From Patescibacteria group bacterium (GTDB lineage Bacteria > Patescibacteriota > Doudnabacteria > UBA920 > O2-02-FULL-48-8), in the NCBI GenBank assembly GCA_036394315.1, contig DASWFI010000007.1:3984-67983 (forward strand): a DNA stretch of 64,000 bases, written 5' to 3'. A model generated the notes under the pieces. It was not told the origin of the DNA. It made no database searches and saw only the letters and a list, made by a program, of their open reading frames with translations. The position numbers and the translations under genes were made by a program. Shown one piece after another: positions 9,539 through 19,209 of the stretch (the stretch's first letter is position 1; every line of letters starts with the position of its first letter).

Positions 9539-10184
9539 TAGCTGTAGCAGTCTCTTCAGGTTTGACCACGCCTTCCACAGCAGCCACATCTTCTTTGATT
9601 TCAGCATTTAGCGCGTTAATTTCTTCTTCTGATCGAGGGGCAGCCACAGTGACCATAACTTCATCAGCTGGAGTCAAAATTACCACCTTGTCGTCATGAG
9701 GAAGACTAGAAACGCGGATCGCATCTTCGAAAGTATTAAGCAGAGAAATATCAATTTCATAGCTTGGCGGGATATCTCCTGGCAAACATTCCACTTCAAC
9801 TTCAGATAAATTTTTAACTAAAGTGCCGCCCAAAGCTTTCACAGCCTGTGATTCTCCGACGAAATGAACCGGCACATGGACCTTTAATTTCTCAGTCATG
9901 TTCACGGCATAAAAATCCACATGGATAGGACGGCCATGAAGGTAATGATGCTGAACTTCGTGAATCAGTACCTGTTGGGTTTTACCGTCTACAACGAGAT
10001 TGATCAGGGTGCTTTCGCCAGCGCTCTTAAATGCCTTGGCAAAATCCCGTTCTGAAATCTCGATCTGCTTATTTTCTACGTTGTGTCCATACAAAACAGC
10101 CGGCAGTTTACCTGCGGTTCGTAAGGATTTGACTCGTTTGCCCAAAACTTCTCGTTTTGTTCCTGTAATTGCAATTTTTTCCAT
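9486..10184 (-). CDS. rplY: 50S ribosomal protein L25/CTC (long form)
   Basis: LRTAGKLPAVLYG, PIHVDFY, VECLPGDIP; likely start MEKIAI at 10184. Confidence 0.95.
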   Translation of the reverse strand: MEKIAITGTKREVLGKRVKSLRTAGKLPAVLYGHNVENKQIEISERDFAKAFKSAGESTLINLVVDGKTQQVLIHEVQHHYLHGRPIHVDFYAVNMTEKLKVHVPVHFVGESQAVKALGGTLVKNLSEVEVECLPGDIPPSYEIDISLLNTFEDAIRVSSLPHDDKVVILTPADEVMVTVAAPRSEEEINALNAEIKEDVAAVEGVVKPEETATATTAPTDDQKKEKKEEKK

Positions 10185-10258
10185 AGCCGACATATAGTAG
10201 CACTTTTCAGCCAACCGGTCAACTTGCTTGATTTACTTAAGGGTTAGTCAGCAGTTAC

Positions 10259-10437
10259 CGCGACACTTGGAAAAATTTAGTCAGAATTTGACGCAAACGA
10301 GGCATAAGGGTAAACAAAAATCGCGCCGTCGATTAGGCGTCGCGATTTTTGGTACCGAGTGAGCTATAAATTCTGGTAAATTTTCCCGTGTCGCCAGTTT
10401 TTGACGCTACTTTTTTGCTGTCAAAAAAATAGCAAAT
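10259..10437. repeat. Palindromic ~180-nt intergenic element, copy 2
   Basis: Long hairpin gcgacac..ggaaaaattta..cagaattt / aaattctg..taaattttcc..gtgtcgc; inner aaaaatcgcg/cgcgattttt; terminal gctacttttttg/caaaaaaatagc. Confidence 0.7.
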
Positions 10438-10796
10438 TATTTCTTAAGTGCTTGTTTAAAGTCTCCGTCAAAGCTTCGCAGAAACTCGTGAGTAGCCAAG
10501 ACTTCGTCAGAAGTAATGGGGCTGCTGTTTTTAAATTTATTCGTATCCTGCGAGGTAAGATCTGTAACCATGCCAATCGAAAAAATTTCCGGACCATCTA
10601 TGGCAATCGAGAACACTACTGAGCTCTTGCATCGCTCGCAATCAGTGTGCACCAGCAAACTCCGACCATTCAGAGGTTTGTCCTCACCGGAATCGATAAT
10701 TTTGGTCTGCTCAGCACTATATTTTTGTCCACAAACAGGACACTTCAGTATATAGGCCAACCATTGAATTATTTTGTTAAAATCAAATTTTGGCAT
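10437..10796 (-). CDS. Hypothetical Zn-ribbon protein
   Basis: CPVC and CERC pairs; C-terminal ITSDEVLATHEFLRSFDGDF. Confidence 0.8.
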   Translation of the reverse strand: MPKFDFNKIIQWLAYILKCPVCGQKYSAEQTKIIDSGEDKPLNGRSLLVHTDCERCKSSVVFSIAIDGPEIFSIGMVTDLTSQDTNKFKNSSPITSDEVLATHEFLRSFDGDFKQALKK

Positions 10797-10842
10797 ATTG
10801 TCTGGTTGATTTAATTGTAGAATGTTTATATTTTCACGTCAA

Positions 10843-11946
10843 TCAATTGCCAAACCTCAGGGCTTTCTGACGAGCTACTATGCTCTGTACCAGGCCCAAA
10901 GCCAGCATGGTGGTAATAAGCGAGCTGCCGCCATAACTTAAGAAAGGCAAAGGAATGCCGGTTACGGGGAGTAGTCCGGTGTTCATTCCGATATTAATAA
11001 CCACCTGAACTAAAAACATAAAAAATATTCCCAGGGCCAGGTACATCCCGAAGTTGTCGCGTGCATGCCTGGTAGCTTTGATCAATCTGAAAAAAATTAC
11101 GCCGAACAATCCAATGATAAATGTACTGCCGAATAATCCCAGTTCTTCAGCCGTCGAAGCAAAAATAAAGTCAGTTTGTCTTTCCGGCAAAAACTTAAGC
11201 TGAGATTGCAAGCCTCGGCCCACGCCTCTGCCCGTAATGCTGCCTGAGCCGACTGCTATAATCGATTGCAAGACGTTATATCCGGCTCCTTTCGGATCAT
11301 AGCTGGGATTTATAAAAGTATAAATACGGGTTTTCTGATAGTCTTTAATCACAAAAAACCAGCTAAAGGAAGAAAGCACCAATCCGACCAAAAGCAATCC
11401 AGCCAAATGCTTTTTATTTATTTTCGAAAACAGCAGCATGGCAAACCACGTGAAAAAAATCACCAGCGCTGAACCAAGATCCGGTTCGATCAAAACCAAA
11501 CCGGCCGGGATAGCCACATACAACACGCACAAAATAACATACCGGATATCTTTTAATTTCTCCCCGCTTTGATCGAAAAACTTAGCCATGATAATGACGA
11601 TTACTAATTTCGCAAACTCAGCTGGCTGGATCCGAAAAATTCCCAAATCAATCCAGCGCGAAGAGCCGCGAATTTGTAATCCCACAAACCAGACGAATAC
11701 TAACGCTGCGACAATCACCACATACAGAATCGGGGTTAGGCTTTTTAATTTACGGTAATCAAAAAAAGCCAAAGCAAACATGCAAAAAAACCCGAGAATG
11801 GCGTAGACCAATTGGCGCGTCAGCAAATTCACAGGACTTTCAAGCGTGGTGGAATAAATCATCAGCAAACCTAAAACGAGCAGCAGAAGACTGCTGCCGA
11901 ATATATAAATATCAAAGTAACGAAAGTTATTTAACCAATTGCGCAT
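10843..11946 (-). CDS. rodA: SEDS peptidoglycan polymerase RodA
   Basis: RWIDLG, IQPAEFAK, EPDLGSA, FLPERQTDFIF, GIPLPFLSYGGSS. Confidence 0.93.
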   Translation of the reverse strand: MRNWLNNFRYFDIYIFGSSLLLLVLGLLMIYSTTLESPVNLLTRQLVYAILGFFCMFALAFFDYRKLKSLTPILYVVIVAALVFVWFVGLQIRGSSRWIDLGIFRIQPAEFAKLVIVIIMAKFFDQSGEKLKDIRYVILCVLYVAIPAGLVLIEPDLGSALVIFFTWFAMLLFSKINKKHLAGLLLVGLVLSSFSWFFVIKDYQKTRIYTFINPSYDPKGAGYNVLQSIIAVGSGSITGRGVGRGLQSQLKFLPERQTDFIFASTAEELGLFGSTFIIGLFGVIFFRLIKATRHARDNFGMYLALGIFFMFLVQVVINIGMNTGLLPVTGIPLPFLSYGGSSLITTMLALGLVQSIVARQKALRFGN

Positions 11947-11949
11947 AGA

Positions 11950-12759
11950 TCAGAATGATGATCCTCCCGGGCCTACCTGAAATATATTACGGTCAAAAAT
12001 ATTTACCTCAGGTGCAATTTCCGCTCTTACCGCTCCCGCCACTGCTCTAGGCCAAGTGTATTGAAATGTCCTGGTTTCTCCGGATAATAAATCGTCGATG
12101 TAGGTAAAATTCACGGCCACCAATTCATTTCGGGAATTGAGCACGGCCACGGGCAAATTTACATGCGTTATAGTAAAAGGAGTCGTGTTTTTAATTCCAG
12201 CTGAAACTACCAAACCTGATGAATTATTATTGACGTTCAACCTCTCTATCTCATAGTTGAAATTGCGCTGCGGCCGGTGGGTGAACTTTGTGGCTCCCAA
12301 AGTAAATATCATTTGTTCAGGTTTTTGGGCTGCTTTGAACCGGGAAAACACTACTAGCTTTTCCCCCACCGGCAGGACGAAGGTGGAGCTTGCAACTTTC
12401 GTGATGCTGGTCCCACCCAAAGTTTTGAATTCAGCCGTATAATCCTGAATTGGAACTCCCCAGTCGTATTCGATATTTTTTATTTTTACGTACGCCGAAT
12501 AATTATTATCGCCCAAATCAAAAATTCCTTTGCCTATGATTTCAAGAGGCTGTTTGACCGCAGTCGTGTGAATTATCCTGGGAGCTTGATAATTAAGCAT
12601 GGTCAATTTCACAAAACCCGCCTTGGCTGCGTAATATAACGGAGTAGTCGCAATTATAGTAATCAAAAGCCCGTACCACCATTTTTTATCTACAAGTGAT
12701 AATTTATCGCCTGCTACGAGTACAAACTCCTGCAGTCTTTCATTCTCATCTAAAGCCAT
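11950..12759 (-). CDS. Membrane-anchored protein with beta-sandwich (FxLYD-like) domains
   Basis: One TM then beta-rich domains (AGIKNTTPF...VLNSRNELVAV...LLSGETRTF); start 12759 or 12807. Confidence 0.65.
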   Translation of the reverse strand: MALDENERLQEFVLVAGDKLSLVDKKWWYGLLITIIATTPLYYAAKAGFVKLTMLNYQAPRIIHTTAVKQPLEIIGKGIFDLGDNNYSAYVKIKNIEYDWGVPIQDYTAEFKTLGGTSITKVASSTFVLPVGEKLVVFSRFKAAQKPEQMIFTLGATKFTHRPQRNFNYEIERLNVNNNSSGLVVSAGIKNTTPFTITHVNLPVAVLNSRNELVAVNFTYIDDLLSGETRTFQYTWPRAVAGAVRAEIAPEVNIFDRNIFQVGPGGSSF

Positions 12760-12898
12760 GAAATTTGTTCTGATAAGGATTGAAAATCTATATGGAGCTA
12801 GCTCCATATAGTCATCACGCGCTCACATTGGATCAAGAAAAATTTCTTGATCAGTTCGCTTGATCGACTATAAAAATTATACCATAATGAAACCAGTT

Positions 12899-15800
12899 AT
12901 GGGGAAATTCACACATTTACACGTTCACTCGCATTATTCCCTACTTGACGGCCTTTCCAAAGTCGACGAGCTGGTTAGCCGTGTCAAAGAATTAGGCATG
13001 GAGTCCCTGGCACTGACTGACCATGGGGTAATGTATGGCACAATCCAATTTTATAACGCCTGCTGGGACGCCGGGATCAAACCGATTATCGGAGTGGAGG
13101 CTTACATCGCTCCCCGCGGCCTGCATAATAAAGACGGAAAAGTGGATGCTGATTATCATCACTTAACCCTACTGGCTGCCGATAATCAGGGCTATAAAAA
13201 TTTACTGAAGCTGACTACCATCGCTCATATCGATGGTTTCTACTATAAGCCTAGAATTGACCTGGAAGTTTTAAAACAACTTTCGCAGGGACTAATCTGT
13301 CTGTCAGGTTGCATGCGCGGCGAGCTTTCCCGCGCCGTTGCCCATAAATCCGATTCTGAAGTTCAGGCTGTCCTTGAAAAATATCTGGATATTTTTGGCC
13401 GGGACAATTTTTATATTGAAATCCAGCGCAATGGCAAAGGAATCGGTTCTCCAGAGGAAATTGAAAAAGAATCTCAGACAAAAAAATTAATCGCATTGGC
13501 AAAAAAAGAAAATCTTAAACTGGTCGCGACTGCCGATTGCCATTATATCCATCCCGAGGACGCTGAAGCCCAGGATGTATTGGTATGCATAGGCACTGCT
13601 CGAACCGTAAACGACACCGACCGCCTGGACATGCGAGGTTGGGATTTGTCACTCAAATCAGAAGAACAAATGCTGGAGCGATTCAAAGACATTCCTGAAG
13701 CCGTTTATAATACTGCAGAAATTGCAGGCAAATGCAATCTTAAAATTGAAACTAACCAACGATACTTTCCGAAAGTCGAAGTGCCGGCCGGAAAAACTAC
13801 TGCTGAATATCTGCGCGACTTAACTTACGAACGCGCCCTTCCTTTATACGGCAAAAACGGAGTCATTCCCGAAGAAACTCAAAAGAGAATTGATTACGAA
13901 CTTTCCGTCATTATTAAAACCGGGTTCGATACTTATTTTCTGATGGTCGCCGACGTCGTGGAAGGCGCGCACAAAATCGGGGCGATTACTAATACCAGAG
14001 GCAGTGCGGCTGGATCAATCGTCGGTCGCATCTTAGGTATCACCAACGTTGACCCTCTTTATTATGAATTGCCATTTGAGCGGTTCTTGACCGAATTCCG
14101 CCCCGCTCCCCCTGATATTGATTTGGATATCGCTGACAACCGCCGAGATGAAGCGATCGCGTATATCACCCAACGATACGGACAGGAAAAAGTCGCTCAA
14201 ATCATTACATTCGGAACTATGAAGGCTAGAGCTGCGCTGCGCGATGTCGGTCGCGCCCTGGGAGTCCCTTACAGCAAATGCGATCTGATCGCGAAAATGA
14301 TTCCTTTTGGCAAACAAGGGTTTGACATGAATATAGATAAAGCTATAGAAATCAGCTCTGAACTGAAATCAGTTTACGAAAGAGATCCGGAAACCAAAAA
14401 AATTATTGATATCGCGAAAAAACTGGAAGGCGGCGCCAGACACGCTTCTGTGCATGCGGCGGGTATCGTGATCACGCCCACAGAGTTGACGGACTACATG
14501 CCGCTGCAGCATGAACCTGACGGTGAGCGCGTAATTACTCAGTTTGATATGTACGCACTAGACGTTAACGCCAATAGCAAGGCTATTGGTGTCGTGAAGC
14601 TGGATCTTTTAGGCATTCGCAACTTATCGATTTTGGAAGCTGCGGTAAAAATCGTGCAGAAGCGTCGCGATGTAGAAATCGATATTTACAATCTGCCACA
14701 ACCAGACCGCAAAACATTTAAACTTTTATCCGAAGGTTATACTTTCGGCGTCTTCCAAATGGGATCTTCGGGCATGACTCGCTATCTTATGGATCTGCGA
14801 CCAAACAGCATTTTTGACATCATGGCCATGATCGCCCTGTATCGCCCGGGTCCGATGCAATTCATTCCTGATTACATCAAGCGCAAACACAATCCCCGGC
14901 TCGTAACTTACATGGATCCGGCTTTGGAAAAAATCCTTAAACGAACTTATGGCATTTTGGTTTACCAGGATGATCTTCTGACCATCGCTCACGACTTAGC
15001 GGGATACACGTGGGAAGAAGTCGACAAATTCCGCAAAGCCGTGGGTAAAAAAATTCCGGCTGAAATGGCCAAACAAAAAGAAAAATTCATCAAAGGCTGC
15101 ATGCAGACTTCCGGCTGGAGCAAGGAAAAAGCCAGCGAGATCTGGGCGTGGATCGAGCCTTTCGCCGCTTACGGCTTTAACAAGTCCCATTCCGCTTCAT
15201 ACTGCATCGTCAGCTATCAGACAGCATACATGAAAGCCAACTATACTGTGGAATTTATGGCGGCCCTGATGACCGCTGAAGCCGGAGATATGCCCACTAT
15301 CGCCGAAGCTGTGGAAGAATGCAAAAAAATGAATATCCAGGTCCTGCCTCCCGATGTCAACGAAAGTCTGGCCAACTTTACGGTGGTCGATGAAAATAAT
15401 ATTCGGTTCGGCCTTACTGCCATTAAAAATCTCGGATCCGATGTGGTGGATATTATTATCCAGCAACGAAAAAACGACGGGAAATTTTCTTCAATACATG
15501 ATTTCGTCAAACGCGTCCAAACTAAAAATTTCAACAAAAAATCCTGGGAAGCGCTGGCAAAATCAGGCGCCCTTGATTCTTTGGGTGAACGAAACCAATT
15601 TTTGGCCAATACGGAAGCTGTTCTGGAATTTGCGCGAAACCAAAATAAAACCACTGATCAGGTAAGCTTGTTCAGCACGGAATTGATGCCGCAAACCAAA
15701 CTACAACTCAGAGAAGTCGAGCCGGCCACCAAACGCGAACGGCTGGCTTGGGAAAAAGAATTACTCGGTCTCTATGTCAGTTCTCATCCTCTGGAGGAAT

Positions 15801-16318
15801 ACGCCGAGAAACTTAAAAAAATTACCCAATCTATCAAACCGGTGATCGAAAATAAGATCGGCAATCCGACATTGGGCGGCATTATTACCCGGGTTCAAAA
15901 AATTCTTACTAAAAAAGGCGAACAAATGGCCTTTGTGGATTTGGAAGACACCACCGGCACGATTGAAGTTATAGTCTTCCCTGCCCTGTTCAATAAATAT
16001 AAAGATTTAATCATGGAGGGAAAAATTCTTTTGGTCACAGGCAAACTTTCTGACAAAGATGGCGAGGCGAAATTTCTGGCAGATGAAATCCGGGAATTCG
16101 GTCAATCAACTCTGCCTGCGGAGCCGACTTCCGTTACGATCAAAATCCCAGAAGCGGCCACCGAGGAATTTTTCGGCCAGCTCAAACAGCTTTTCGAATC
16201 CGCTCCCGGGGAGATGAGTGTCAATCTCATGATCAAAGAGCAAAAAGTCCGAACACCTTTTCGAATCAATTTAAATGAAGATTTAAAACTAAAAATAAAA
16301 CAACTCCTTGGCAATTAA
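12899..16318 (+). CDS. dnaE: DNA polymerase III alpha subunit
   Basis: HLHVHSHYSLLDG (PHP), RGSAAGS, PDIDLD, FAAYGFNKSH, C-terminal OB fold; start MGKF (12899) or MKPV (12887). Confidence 0.98.
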   Translation: MGKFTHLHVHSHYSLLDGLSKVDELVSRVKELGMESLALTDHGVMYGTIQFYNACWDAGIKPIIGVEAYIAPRGLHNKDGKVDADYHHLTLLAADNQGYKNLLKLTTIAHIDGFYYKPRIDLEVLKQLSQGLICLSGCMRGELSRAVAHKSDSEVQAVLEKYLDIFGRDNFYIEIQRNGKGIGSPEEIEKESQTKKLIALAKKENLKLVATADCHYIHPEDAEAQDVLVCIGTARTVNDTDRLDMRGWDLSLKSEEQMLERFKDIPEAVYNTAEIAGKCNLKIETNQRYFPKVEVPAGKTTAEYLRDLTYERALPLYGKNGVIPEETQKRIDYELSVIIKTGFDTYFLMVADVVEGAHKIGAITNTRGSAAGSIVGRILGITNVDPLYYELPFERFLTEFRPAPPDIDLDIADNRRDEAIAYITQRYGQEKVAQIITFGTMKARAALRDVGRALGVPYSKCDLIAKMIPFGKQGFDMNIDKAIEISSELKSVYERDPETKKIIDIAKKLEGGARHASVHAAGIVITPTELTDYMPLQHEPDGERVITQFDMYALDVNANSKAIGVVKLDLLGIRNLSILEAAVKIVQKRRDVEIDIYNLPQPDRKTFKLLSEGYTFGVFQMGSSGMTRYLMDLRPNSIFDIMAMIALYRPGPMQFIPDYIKRKHNPRLVTYMDPALEKILKRTYGILVYQDDLLTIAHDLAGYTWEEVDKFRKAVGKKIPAEMAKQKEKFIKGCMQTSGWSKEKASEIWAWIEPFAAYGFNKSHSASYCIVSYQTAYMKANYTVEFMAALMTAEAGDMPTIAEAVEECKKMNIQVLPPDVNESLANFTVVDENNIRFGLTAIKNLGSDVVDIIIQQRKNDGKFSSIHDFVKRVQTKNFNKKSWEALAKSGALDSLGERNQFLANTEAVLEFARNQNKTTDQVSLFSTELMPQTKLQLREVEPATKRERLAWEKELLGLYVSSHPLEEYAEKLKKITQSIKPVIENKIGNPTLGGIITRVQKILTKKGEQMAFVDLEDTTGTIEVIVFPALFNKYKDLIMEGKILLVTGKLSDKDGEAKFLADEIREFGQSTLPAEPTSVTIKIPEAATEEFFGQLKQLFESAPGEMSVNLMIKEQKVRTPFRINLNEDLKLKIKQLLGN

Positions 16319-16389
16319 CCGAGGAGGATAATCCAGATGAACGTATACGCTTTTTTGACGGATTTGTCAATAGAGACTATAATTTTGAT

Positions 16390-16632
16390 ATGGCTGAATT
16401 AACTAAAGAATATCTAGATCAAAACCTCCAAAACCTTGCGACCAAGGAAGACCTTAAAAACCTTGCGACCAAGGAAGACCTTAAAGATGCCGGTGAAGAA
16501 TTAGCACGCCTTGTTAACGACGGATTTCAAGCACAACAAGAATTCTTAATTGAAAAACTTGACGTACGAGATCGTATGGCTGAACTTGAAAAAGACATGG
16601 TTCGTATCAAAGAAGCTTTGCATATCAAATAA
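16390..16632 (+). CDS. Small coiled-coil protein with ATKEDL repeats
   Basis: 80 aa, NLATKEDLK twice; TTGACG-17-TATAAT promoter ends 6 nt before ATG. Confidence 0.75.
   Translation: MAELTKEYLDQNLQNLATKEDLKNLATKEDLKDAGEELARLVNDGFQAQQEFLIEKLDVRDRMAELEKDMVRIKEALHIK
16431..16484 (+). repeat. Perfect 27-bp in-frame tandem duplication
   Basis: aaaccttgcgaccaaggaagaccttaa x2. Confidence 0.95.
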
Positions 16633-16639
16633 TCTTTAA

Positions 16640-16762
16640 GAGTAATAACGCGACTACCAATCGCCGAGCCCTTACGCTAAACTCTTGCGTTAAAGAGTAA
16701 ACGAAGCAAGATTTGGGTGGAACCATCCGCGAGGATCCCAAGCCGTAGTGCTTGGTTTTTTT
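16640..16762 (+). promoter_or_regulatory. Thr T-box riboswitch (ultrashort) with terminator
   Basis: gcga-ctACCaa-tcgc hairpin with a Thr codon; acgc/gcgt plus actctt/aagagt pseudoknot; TTGGGTGGAACC; terminator ccaagc/gcttgg + T7; upstream of thrS. Confidence 0.85.
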
Positions 16763-16777
16763 ATTAACTTAAAAACT

Positions 16778-18589
16778 ATGAAAAACGATTCAGAAAAACT
16801 ACACAATCTCCGCCACTCGCTCGCTCATATATTAGCCAGTGCTGTTTTGGAAATGTTTCCGAAAGCGCAGCTAGGTGTGGGGCCCGTGATTGAAAATGGT
16901 TTCTTTTACGATTTCCTCCTCCCCCGCCCGCTTACTCCTGAAGATCTGGCAAAAATTGAAAAAAGAATGAGGGCTTTAGTAAAAGAAGGATTGCCATTTG
17001 AACGGCAGGAAATGTCGATCCACGAAGCCAAAACGTATTTTAACCACGCGGTTCAACCATTCAAAGTTGAGCTGATCAAAGATATAGAAAAATTTGGGAC
17101 CACGGAGATGGATAAAATTCTTAACACTGATGAATCACTCAAAGACGAACAAAAAGTCAGCAAATCAGAACAACTCACTGTCTCGCTTTATAAAACCGGA
17201 AAATTCACGGATCTTTGTCGCGGGGGACACGTGAAAAATACTTCGGAGATTGATCCGCAAAGCTTTAAGCTGAATAAAATGTCCGGCGCTTACTGGCGCG
17301 GCGATCAGGCCAATCCTCAAATGCAGCGCGTCTACGGTCTGGCTTTTGAGAGTAAAAAAGAGTTGGATGAATATATAAAACTTCAGGAAGAAGCTGAGAA
17401 ACGCGATCACAAAAAACTTGGGCCGAAATTGGGTTTGTTCATGTTCCATCACACTGCCCCAGGCATGCCCTACTGGCTGCCGAAAGGTGTGGCGTTATAC
17501 AATGAGCTGGTGAACTTTTGGCGCACCGAACATAATAAGAGAAACTATCACGAAATTGTCTCCCCGCTTTTGAATAAAAAAGAACTTTATCAGACTTCCG
17601 GCCACTACGAACATTATTGGCAAGATATGTTTGTCGTGCAGACCAAAGACAAGGAAGAATATGGCGTAAAAGCCATGAACTGCCCCAATGCCATGATTGT
17701 TTTTGGTTCGCAATTGCGCAGCTACAAAGATCTGCCCCTGCGTTTGTCTGATACGGATACGCTGCATCGCAACGAAATTTCCGGCGCACTCAATGGATTG
17801 CTGCGGGTACGTGAATTCCGCCAAGACGACGCGCATTGCTTTGTCACAGAAGATCAAATCGGCGAAGAATACGAAGAAATTTTTGAAATCGTGGAAAAAT
17901 TTTATTCGATCTTTGGATTAGAATACTCTTTCCGTTTAGGAACCAGACCCGAAAGTTTTATGGGGGAAATTAAAACTTGGGATAAGGCCGAAAAAACCCT
18001 CAAGGATATTCTCGCCAAAAGCAAAAAGAAATTTACTATCGCGGAAAAAGACGGCGCGTTTTATGGACCCAAGGTGGATATTCTTATGAAAGATATTTTG
18101 GGACGAGAATGGCAGATGGGTACCATCCAGCTTGATTTCCAGCAACCATTGCGGTTCAAACTTGAATACACAGCCCCTGACGGAAGCAAAAAAACACCAG
18201 TAGCCATCCACCGCGTGGTATATGGATCGCTGGAAAGATTTATCGGCATTCTTATCGAACACTACGCCGGCGCGTTTCCGGTTTGGATCTCCCCTGTTCA
18301 GGCTAAGATTCTTCCGATTTCCGAGAAACAAAATAAATATGCCAAGGAAGTTTATGAGGCTCTCAAAGAAAGTGGTATCCGTGTGGAGTTTGACGATCGC
18401 GACGAGTCCGTCGGCAAAAAAATCCGCGAAGCGGAAATGGAAAAAGTACCCTACATGTTGATTGTCGGCGAAAAAGAGCAGAAAGCCAAATCTGTAGCCG
18501 TCCGTGGCCGCAATCAGAAAGACTTGGGAGTTATGAAATTGAATAAATTCGTAAAGCAAATTTCCGAAGAGATCCAAGATCGAGCATAA
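16778..18589 (+). CDS. thrS: Threonine--tRNA ligase
   Basis: LRHSLAH, DLCRGGHV, RDHKKLG, KAMNCP, GAFYGPK, GSLERFIG; start ATG 16778. Confidence 0.99.
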   Translation: MKNDSEKLHNLRHSLAHILASAVLEMFPKAQLGVGPVIENGFFYDFLLPRPLTPEDLAKIEKRMRALVKEGLPFERQEMSIHEAKTYFNHAVQPFKVELIKDIEKFGTTEMDKILNTDESLKDEQKVSKSEQLTVSLYKTGKFTDLCRGGHVKNTSEIDPQSFKLNKMSGAYWRGDQANPQMQRVYGLAFESKKELDEYIKLQEEAEKRDHKKLGPKLGLFMFHHTAPGMPYWLPKGVALYNELVNFWRTEHNKRNYHEIVSPLLNKKELYQTSGHYEHYWQDMFVVQTKDKEEYGVKAMNCPNAMIVFGSQLRSYKDLPLRLSDTDTLHRNEISGALNGLLRVREFRQDDAHCFVTEDQIGEEYEEIFEIVEKFYSIFGLEYSFRLGTRPESFMGEIKTWDKAEKTLKDILAKSKKKFTIAEKDGAFYGPKVDILMKDILGREWQMGTIQLDFQQPLRFKLEYTAPDGSKKTPVAIHRVVYGSLERFIGILIEHYAGAFPVWISPVQAKILPISEKQNKYAKEVYEALKESGIRVEFDDRDESVGKKIREAEMEKVPYMLIVGEKEQKAKSVAVRGRNQKDLGVMKLNKFVKQISEEIQDRA

Positions 18590-18623
18590 AAAAAGAACGC
18601 CGGCCGAGTTAGGCAGACGTGAG

Positions 18624-18992
18624 TTACTTTGGTTCAGAAGAAAGGCCCCGAATCGGTTTGAGCTCGGCTAGTTCCGCAGCTAAGTAATTATCCGCATCCG
18701 AGTAATCGATTTGTATGTTATGACCACGGACCGGATCAGGATGAGGGTACTTCTGGGCAGCTGCTATAGCTTGCTCACAGAGTAGCCGATATCGGGAAGC
18801 AATGAGCTGATGCGTCTCATCGCAGTAGATATTTCGACCTTCTTCGACTCCTCCTTCCTCGATTGAACGACTGCAACAATCGCAACGACGGACCCCCGCG
18901 TCGCTCCAGGGCAACCCGGGATAACACTTGATTACCTGAACCTTGCCAGCTTTCTTGCCAGCTTTCGCCGGTATTATCCGGGTTTTTCTCAT
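18624..18992 (-). CDS. Hypothetical ORFan with Cys cluster
   Basis: GGAGG before ATG; CDCC...YCDETH; convergent with thrS. Confidence 0.5.
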   Translation of the reverse strand: MRKTRIIPAKAGKKAGKVQVIKCYPGLPWSDAGVRRCDCCSRSIEEGGVEEGRNIYCDETHQLIASRYRLLCEQAIAAAQKYPHPDPVRGHNIQIDYSDADNYLAAELAELKPIRGLSSEPK

Positions 18993-19038
18993 CCCCCCTC
19001 CAGGACATCATCATAGCAAATTAAAACTTGTGGATATT

Positions 19039-19173
19039 ATGCCGAAAAAAACTGAACACAATCTAAAAGCTGAACGACGGGAAATCAAAAAACGTCCCCG
19101 CATGAAAATTTCCGGGGCGTCTTTGAAGCACCCCTCCAAATTCGCCGGACTCAAGATTGTAAAGAAAAAATAA
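19039..19173 (+). CDS. Small basic protein (44 aa)
   Basis: MPKKTEHNLKAERREIKKRPRMKISGASLKHPSKFAGLKIVKKK. Confidence 0.5.
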   Translation: MPKKTEHNLKAERREIKKRPRMKISGASLKHPSKFAGLKIVKKK

Positions 19174-19209
19174 CATGTCTAGGCACAAAGGTGGCTAAAA
19201 AATAATACT

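Noticed and set aside
12860-16318. Intein in DnaE
   Set aside because: Normal length, contiguous motifs, no intein splice-junction pattern
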